From an uncultured Spirochaetota bacterium (GTDB taxonomy: Bacteria > Spirochaetota > Spirochaetia > SZUA-6 > Fen-1364), in NCBI GenBank assembly GCA_963820525.1, contig CAWGAA010000001.1, positions 224,001-288,000 on the forward strand: a DNA stretch of 64,000 bases, written 5' to 3'. Under the pieces are notes generated by a model, which saw only the letters and a program-made list of their open reading frames with translations, had not been told where the DNA came from and searched no databases. Of the stretch, positions 58,567-64,000 are shown piece by piece; the first letter of the stretch is position 1; every line of letters starts with the position of its first letter. The translations under genes were made by a program, and so were the position numbers.

Positions 58567-61236
58567 TCAGGAATCCCCCCCGGAGCCGAGCTCTTCCTTC
58601 CAGCGGGCGATCCGGTTCAGTGCCTCCAGGGGAGAGGTCTTGTCGACAGGGAAGCGGCGGATCTCGCGCAAGACCGTGTCGCGCGCGGGAAAGAGGAGCC
58701 GCTGGGAATCCGCCTCCTGTCCGCCTTCCTTTTTCTGCACTTCCGTCTTCGGCGGGGAATACCGCGGGGCGCCTTCCCCCGAGGTCAAATCCGTCAGTAT
58801 TTTCTGGGCCATCGAAAGGGTCTCCGCGGGGATGCCCGCGAGCTTCGCGACATGGATGCCATACGAGTTGTCGGACGGCCCTTCGCGCACCCGCTTGAGG
58901 AAAACGACCTCGCCCGCCCTTTCCAGGACATCCATCGAAAGATTCGCCACCATGGGATGGCTCAAGGCGGTCAGCTCGTGGAAGTGCGTGGCGAACAGCG
59001 TTCGGGCTCCGATATGCCCGAGGATGTACAGGCTCACGGCCCACGCGATGGCAAGCCCGTCCCGCGTGCTCGTCCCCCTGCCGATCTCATCCATGACGAT
59101 GAGGCTGCGTCCCGTGGCAGAGCGCAGGATGTGCGCGGTCTCGTTCATCTCCACCAGGAACGTGGATTCCCCGCGGGCAAGGTTGTCCGTGGCGCCCACC
59201 CGGCAGAAGATGCTGTCCACGATCCCGATCGCGGCCTCGGAGGCCGGCACGAAGGAGCCGATCTGGGCCATGAGCACGATCAGCGCGGTCTGGCGGAGGA
59301 ACGTCGACTTTCCCGCCATATTGGGGCCCGTGAGGATCACGAAGGACCGGCTCTCGTCTCCCAGCTTCACGCTGTTGGGCACGAATGCCCCCCCGGGAAG
59401 ATGGGCTTCCACCACGGGATGCCGGCCTTCCTTGATGTGCAGCCGAGGCTCTTCCCAGATCGTCGGGCGGCAGTATCCCCGGACCGTGGCGGCGAAGGCC
59501 AGGGACTGGTAGACGTCGAGCTCCGACGTCGCCTCAGCTATGGTCAGGAGACGCCCCACGCTCCCCTTCACCTTCTCCCGCACCTCCAGGAAGAGGCGCT
59601 TCTCGATATCCACGATCTTCTCCGAGGCGTTGTTGATCTCCGATTCCAGATCCGCCAGCCGGTCCGTGGTGTACCGCTCTCCTCCCACCAGCGACTGCCT
59701 GCGGATGAAGTGCTTCGGAACAAGGGGGAGATTCGACTTGGTGACTTCGAGGTAGTACCCGATGATCTTGTTGTATCGCAGCTTGAGCGCCGCGATTCCC
59801 GTCGCGGCGCGCTCCTCTTCCAGGTATTTCTCGAGTATTCCCCGGGCATTGTCCCGAAGGTCGAAGAGCCGGTCGAGCTCGTCGTCGTATCCCCGCCGAA
59901 TGAGGTTGCCCTCCGTGATGAGAAGCGAAGGCTCCTCGGCGATGGCACGCGCGAGAAACCGGGCGAGCTCTTCCATGGCGGCGCGGTTCTCCCTCAGGCA
60001 TGCGGTCAGGCCGCCCATCTCGCCGCCGCCCGTCAAAAGCTCTTCGATGGCGAGAACCGACTCCAGCGTGGAGGCGATTGCCAGCAGGTCCTTCGCGTTC
60101 GCTCTGTCCATTGCGACGCGGGAAGCAAGCCGCTCCAGGTCGAGGACCCTGCCCAGGGAGTCGCGGAGCCGGGAGAGCAGCACCTGGTCCCGGTAGAGGG
60201 ATTCGACGGCGGAGAGCCTCCTTTCGATGGCGGCGCGATCCTTCAGGGGCGTGAGAAGCCAGCGGCGGAGCTTGCGCGCCCCCAGCGAAGTGCGGCTTTG
60301 ATCGAGAACTTCCAGCAGCGTATAGCGCCTGCTCCCATCCTGAAGGTTGGCGACGAGCTCGAGGCTCTTCTGTGCGGACTCGTCCAGGGCGACGAAGCTC
60401 GAATCGCTGTAGACGGCCAGGGACGAGATATGGGCGAGGGCCTTTTTCGCGGTTCCGGCAAGATAGTCGAGAAGGACCCCCGCGGAGACGATCTCGGGGG
60501 AATCCTCGGCGAGCCCGAATCCCTTGAGGTTCGTTACGCCAAGCTGCTTCAGAAGCCGGGCGCGGCATGAAGAGGGCTCGAAGCTCCAGTCCGGATACCT
60601 GTTCACGAGGCATCCTTCCTTCTCCGTGAGAAGCCCCCGTACGACATCGTCTTCTTCGAACAGCGACTCTTGAGTGATGACCTCCTTGGGCTCAAGGCGA
60701 AGGAGCTCTCTCTTCAACCGCTCGCCGCGCTCGGCGAACGCGAAGGAGGTGGCGGCGAACTCTCCCGTGGAAAGATCCGCGTATGCCAGGGACATCATGC
60801 CGTTTGATCTGCCGACCGCCAGGAGATAGTTGTTTGCGTTGCGGGCGAGGAGGCTTTCATCGAGCGCGGTCCCCGGAGTGATCACCTCTACGACGTCACG
60901 GTTCATAAGCCCCCGGCCGCCGGAGGGGGGCACCGACTGCTCACAGACCGCCACCTTCCGGCCGGCCGCGAGGAGGCGCGCGATGTATCCCGCAGCCGCG
61001 TGATAGGGAATCCCGCACATCGGCACGCCGTTTCTTTGCGTGAGCGTGAGCTCGAGCAAAGAGGATACCTCCCGGGCATCCTTTTCGAACATCTCGTAGA
61101 AATCGCCCAGACGGAAGAACAGGACGGCATCGGGGAAGCGCTCTTTGGCGCTCCTGTATTGGGCCATCATGGGGCCCGTTCCGCCGCCGGCCTGGCGCTC
61201 CCGACTTTCGCTTGATCCCGGGGTTGTTTCTCCCAT
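58567..61236 (-). CDS. mutS: DNA mismatch repair protein MutS
   Basis: PMMAQY, FFRLGDFYEMF, GRHPVVE, TGPNMAGKST, GESTFLVEM, DEIGRGTS and SYGIHVAKLAG. Start placed at ATG 61236. Confidence 0.98.
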   Translation of the reverse strand: MGETTPGSSESRERQAGGGTGPMMAQYRSAKERFPDAVLFFRLGDFYEMFEKDAREVSSLLELTLTQRNGVPMCGIPYHAAAGYIARLLAAGRKVAVCEQSVPPSGGRGLMNRDVVEVITPGTALDESLLARNANNYLLAVGRSNGMMSLAYADLSTGEFAATSFAFAERGERLKRELLRLEPKEVITQESLFEEDDVVRGLLTEKEGCLVNRYPDWSFEPSSCRARLLKQLGVTNLKGFGLAEDSPEIVSAGVLLDYLAGTAKKALAHISSLAVYSDSSFVALDESAQKSLELVANLQDGSRRYTLLEVLDQSRTSLGARKLRRWLLTPLKDRAAIERRLSAVESLYRDQVLLSRLRDSLGRVLDLERLASRVAMDRANAKDLLAIASTLESVLAIEELLTGGGEMGGLTACLRENRAAMEELARFLARAIAEEPSLLITEGNLIRRGYDDELDRLFDLRDNARGILEKYLEEERAATGIAALKLRYNKIIGYYLEVTKSNLPLVPKHFIRRQSLVGGERYTTDRLADLESEINNASEKIVDIEKRLFLEVREKVKGSVGRLLTIAEATSELDVYQSLAFAATVRGYCRPTIWEEPRLHIKEGRHPVVEAHLPGGAFVPNSVKLGDESRSFVILTGPNMAGKSTFLRQTALIVLMAQIGSFVPASEAAIGIVDSIFCRVGATDNLARGESTFLVEMNETAHILRSATGRSLIVMDEIGRGTSTRDGLAIAWAVSLYILGHIGARTLFATHFHELTALSHPMVANLSMDVLERAGEVVFLKRVREGPSDNSYGIHVAKLAGIPAETLSMAQKILTDLTSGEGAPRYSPPKTEVQKKEGGQEADSQRLLFPARDTVLREIRRFPVDKTSPLEALNRIARWKEELGSGGDS

Positions 61237-61275
61237 GAGATTGGAATTATAGTACGCCGTCATGGAAGGAAACAA
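61224..61275. promoter_or_regulatory. Putative bidirectional promoter for mutS and the STAS gene
   Basis: Plus strand TTGTTT (61224-29), 18 bp, TATAGT (61248-53). Minus strand TTGTTT (61275-70), 18 bp, TATAAT (61251-46). Confidence 0.55.
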
Positions 61276-61789
61276 TACGAGGTCCGGGGACGAGGCGCCG
61301 CTCAGCCGGACCGACCCCATTCTCATCGCGGAAGACGGGAGAGGAGTTTTCTTGAAGGCCTCGGGCCACATCCGCGCCCTCGACTGCTACCCCTTGCGCG
61401 AAGAGCTGCTTTCCCGGCTGGACTGCCCGAAGTCCCCGACCGCCGTCTTCATAGAGCTTTCCGACTGCCGATACATGGACTCCACGTTCATCGGCCTCCT
61501 CGTCGCCATGGACGGGAGGTTGAAGAGCCACGGCGGGAGGCTCCGCGTTTTCAACCCGTCCGCCGAATGCCTCGAATCCTTGGGCCGTCTCGGGCTGGAC
61601 AGGGTGCTGTCTGTCGAGCATGGCCCCCTGGAGCTTCCTCCCGGATCGCGCCCCCTGCCCTACCGGGGGAGCCCCGGGGCTGAGTTCGTTCTGAAAGCCC
61701 ATGAGGCCCTCATGGAAAAATCCGAAGAGGCGAAAAAGAAGTTCAGCCTGCTCAAGGAGATGCTTGAGAAAAAGCTCAGGAAGGGCTAG
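61262..61789 (+). CDS. STAS-domain protein (anti-sigma-factor antagonist-like)
   Basis: IELSDCRYMDSTFIGLL with the phospho-acceptor Ser, RLGLDRVL, and a C-terminal helical extension (LKAHEALM). Confidence 0.9.
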   Translation: MEGNNTRSGDEAPLSRTDPILIAEDGRGVFLKASGHIRALDCYPLREELLSRLDCPKSPTAVFIELSDCRYMDSTFIGLLVAMDGRLKSHGGRLRVFNPSAECLESLGRLGLDRVLSVEHGPLELPPGSRPLPYRGSPGAEFVLKAHEALMEKSEEAKKKFSLLKEMLEKKLRKG

Positions 61790-61795
61790 CGATGC

Positions 61796-62239
61796 TCAGG
61801 GCCTCCCGGGCCCCGAACCTCGCCCTCTCAGCGCCTTCGAATCGAGGTAGTCCCGAAGGAAGAGCGACGCGGCAATGGCATCCACTTTTTCCTTGGCCGT
61901 GCGGCGGGTCTTGCCGACGGCGGCGAGAATTTCTTCCGCTCTCCTGCTGGACCAGCTTTCGTCCCAGAGGGTGCACGCCGAGCCGCGAGCCGCCAGCCGC
62001 TGGCAGAGCAGCCGCGAGCGTTCGCATCCCTCCCCTTCCCTGCCGTCATCCCGCACGGGATAGCCCACCACCACGAGATCGACCTCTTTCTCGCGGCACA
62101 GATCGATCAGCTTCGCCGTGAGCCTGTCCAGGGATGTGAAGGGGATGGTAGCGAAGGGCGAGGCGATCATGCCGAGCGGATCCGTCAGGGCCAGGCCAAC
62201 ACGCCGGGTGCCGAGGTCCACGGCGAGGGTCCGTCCCAC
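61796..62239 (-). CDS. ruvX: YqgF/RuvX RNase H-fold nuclease
   Basis: LAVDLGTRRVGLALTD, VVGYP, WDESWSS and VDAIAASLFL. Confidence 0.95.
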   Translation of the reverse strand: MGRTLAVDLGTRRVGLALTDPLGMIASPFATIPFTSLDRLTAKLIDLCREKEVDLVVVGYPVRDDGREGEGCERSRLLCQRLAARGSACTLWDESWSSRRAEEILAAVGKTRRTAKEKVDAIAASLFLRDYLDSKALRGRGSGPGRP

Positions 62240-62240
62240 C

Positions 62241-62789
62241 TCAATCCCCTCCGGTATACGTCTTTCCCGCCAGCTCGTAGAGCCGCTTGATCACTTTCGT
62301 GGTGATGTCGATTTCGGGAATGTTGGCCAGGATCAGGTCCGCATAGGCGCCGTCGCTCCTCAGGACCAGGGCGTAGCCGTCTCTCTCCGCGACGTAATGG
62401 ACCGCGTCAAGGATCTCCTTGACTATCGAGGTGGAGAGGATCTTGTCCGCCTGTCTCTTATAGGCTTCCTTCTTGATGCGCTGATAATCGTCGAGGTATG
62501 CCTTCTTGTCGTTGATCTTCTTTTCCAGCTGGAGGGAAGCGTCCTTGTTTCCGGCCTTGTCCGCGTCGAGCTTCTGGTTCTCGAGGTCGCTTATGTCGCG
62601 GTTCACGGACTGCACCTCTTTCTGGTACGCCACCCTGAAATCCTCAAGCTCCCGAACGGCCTGCGATTCCTTGTAGGAGGTTGTGAGGACCTGGGTCCAG
62701 TTGCATACCGCCACCATGGTCACCTGCTGGCCCCAGAGCGGCAGCCCAAGGACGGCGGCAAAGGCGATACAGACAATCGCGCTCTTCAT
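62241..62789 (-). CDS. skp: OmpH/Skp periplasmic chaperone
   Basis: Signal peptide, coiled coil and C-terminal VAERDGYALVL...DITTKVI. Lies directly downstream of bamA. Confidence 0.88.
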   Translation of the reverse strand: MKSAIVCIAFAAVLGLPLWGQQVTMVAVCNWTQVLTTSYKESQAVRELEDFRVAYQKEVQSVNRDISDLENQKLDADKAGNKDASLQLEKKINDKKAYLDDYQRIKKEAYKRQADKILSTSIVKEILDAVHYVAERDGYALVLRSDGAYADLILANIPEIDITTKVIKRLYELAGKTYTGGD

Positions 62790-62798
62790 TCGGGCCCC

Positions 62799-64000
62799 CT
62801 AGAATACGTCCCCGCCGAGGGAGATGATGAAATCGAAGTTCCAGAAGCTCGAGGGATCTCCGAGGAGTCCGGCCTTATAGACCACCTGCCCGTTCTGGAT
62901 CTGGAACTTCTTGCCCAGATACAGCCTGATGGGGAACTGGGGCAGCGTGAAGCGCAGCCCGAACCCGTAGGAGAAATAGAACTGGTTGATGTTGGCGTTC
63001 ACGAGGTCCGCCGGGGTCTGCCACAGCCCGACTACATCGAAGAAGCCCGTGAGCCAGAGCAGCTCCTTGGAGATCGGCATACGCAGCTCCACCTTGTTGT
63101 CCCAAAGCGCTTTGCCGTACATCAGGCTCCAACCCCGGCCTATCGTCATGCCGTCGATGTAGAGCAGGTCCGTGGAATCCGTTACCGGCAGCGTCCATTG
63201 CCAGATCGCGTTTGTAGTGCCCGGCGCGGCCACGTACGCGAACTGAGGCAGGAGCAGCGAGAATCCCGAGTGCGCGGCCAGGACGAACATGAGGCTCCAG
63301 TCCTCGGCAACGGGAACATTGAGGAGCGTGAGGAAGCCTTCGACGAAGGAATCGGTGCGGTTGTAATGCCGGCTGCCGAAGAGCACACCGCCGGTGTAGG
63401 CGAAGGATTGGCTTATCTGGTAGCCCGTGGTGGGAGAGAGCGGGTTGTCCCGCCCGTCCAGGTACACGGTGGCCGAAAGCTGGTCGATGATGTTCCACGT
63501 ATTGAGGTTGTTTCGGACGGTCACGTCGTAGGGACGGTAGAGAGTCGGATCGTAGGTGAGGTAGCGCAGCCGGGTGCTCAGCCCGCCCCGCACGCCGAAG
63601 TACCCGAATATGGGCACCTGCCACCGGTAGCCCGAGTTGAGCCCGAGGCCGATGTCCCAGGAATCGTAGCTCATGAGGTACTGCTTTGGGATGGTCTGCC
63701 CCCGCTGGATCATGGAGAGGTAGTCCGCCTGGTTGGTGAATGGATCGGGGGCCGCGATTGCGGACTGGTCGTCCGTGAAGAATGGGGGAAGGATGTCTTG
63801 CAGCACGTTCTGCATTGTCGAGTGGACAAAGGACAGAGAAATCCCCGCGGACCAGCGCGCGCCGAACATCCACGGTTCCAGGTAGCTCAAGGCGACGGTC
63901 TGCTTGATCGGCGATGCCTCGAGGTCGATGCCGATGGTCTGGCCGGTGCCCATGAAGTTCTTTTCATTCCACTTGACGTTGCCCGAGATCGGGAAGTCCT
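62799..64000 (-). CDS. bamA: Outer membrane protein assembly factor BamA (beta-barrel part, 5'-truncated by the window edge)
   Basis: EKNFMGTGQ, YLEPW, SPTTG, GRGW, FSYGFGLRF...FPIRLY and a terminal Phe. Confidence 0.92.
   Translation of the reverse strand, partial: DFPISGNVKWNEKNFMGTGQTIGIDLEASPIKQTVALSYLEPWMFGARWSAGISLSFVHSTMQNVLQDILPPFFTDDQSAIAAPDPFTNQADYLSMIQRGQTIPKQYLMSYDSWDIGLGLNSGYRWQVPIFGYFGVRGGLSTRLRYLTYDPTLYRPYDVTVRNNLNTWNIIDQLSATVYLDGRDNPLSPTTGYQISQSFAYTGGVLFGSRHYNRTDSFVEGFLTLLNVPVAEDWSLMFVLAAHSGFSLLLPQFAYVAAPGTTNAIWQWTLPVTDSTDLLYIDGMTIGRGWSLMYGKALWDNKVELRMPISKELLWLTGFFDVVGLWQTPADLVNANINQFYFSYGFGLRFTLPQFPIRLYLGKKFQIQNGQVVYKAGLLGDPSSFWNFDFIISLGGDVF

Overview
GC-rich bacterial chromosome segment (roughly 60-65% GC by eye), almost certainly from a spirochaete (Spirochaetota). 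The evidence is the ~900-aa GreA, NusA with a C-terminal Zn-ribbon, RibF without a kinase motif, and the bamA-skp-mutS-comF-rimP-nusA-infB-rbfA-truB-rpsO-pnp-lptFG-tgt-murJ and recA-scpAB-rluB-cmk-rpsA gene orders. The window is dense core genome with about 61 CDS. It contains a nine-gene V/A-type ATPase operon carrying the Na+-binding signature, ispG, an aldo-keto reductase, recA, prs, an Fe-S-less MutY-like glycosylase, dtd, rpe and a TPR-greA-vWA operon. I found no rRNA, tRNA, CRISPR array, transposase, integrase or prophage. Two core genes (ATPase subunit I, lptF) are each broken by a one-base deficit in a short homopolymer, probably assembly errors. I cannot demonstrate a new biological system. 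The best candidate is a six-gene block behind rpsA: a GAF-sigma54 activator with a cNMP-type GAF motif, a TPR protein, a CHASE2 adenylate cyclase, a lipoprotein, a small membrane protein and a GNAT. It could be a cAMP-to-sigma54 signalling module. Also notable are a symmetric 25-bp bidirectional promoter between mutS and a STAS gene, several apparently leaderless genes, a REP-like structured repeat, and two low-GC patches whose borders fall inside genes.
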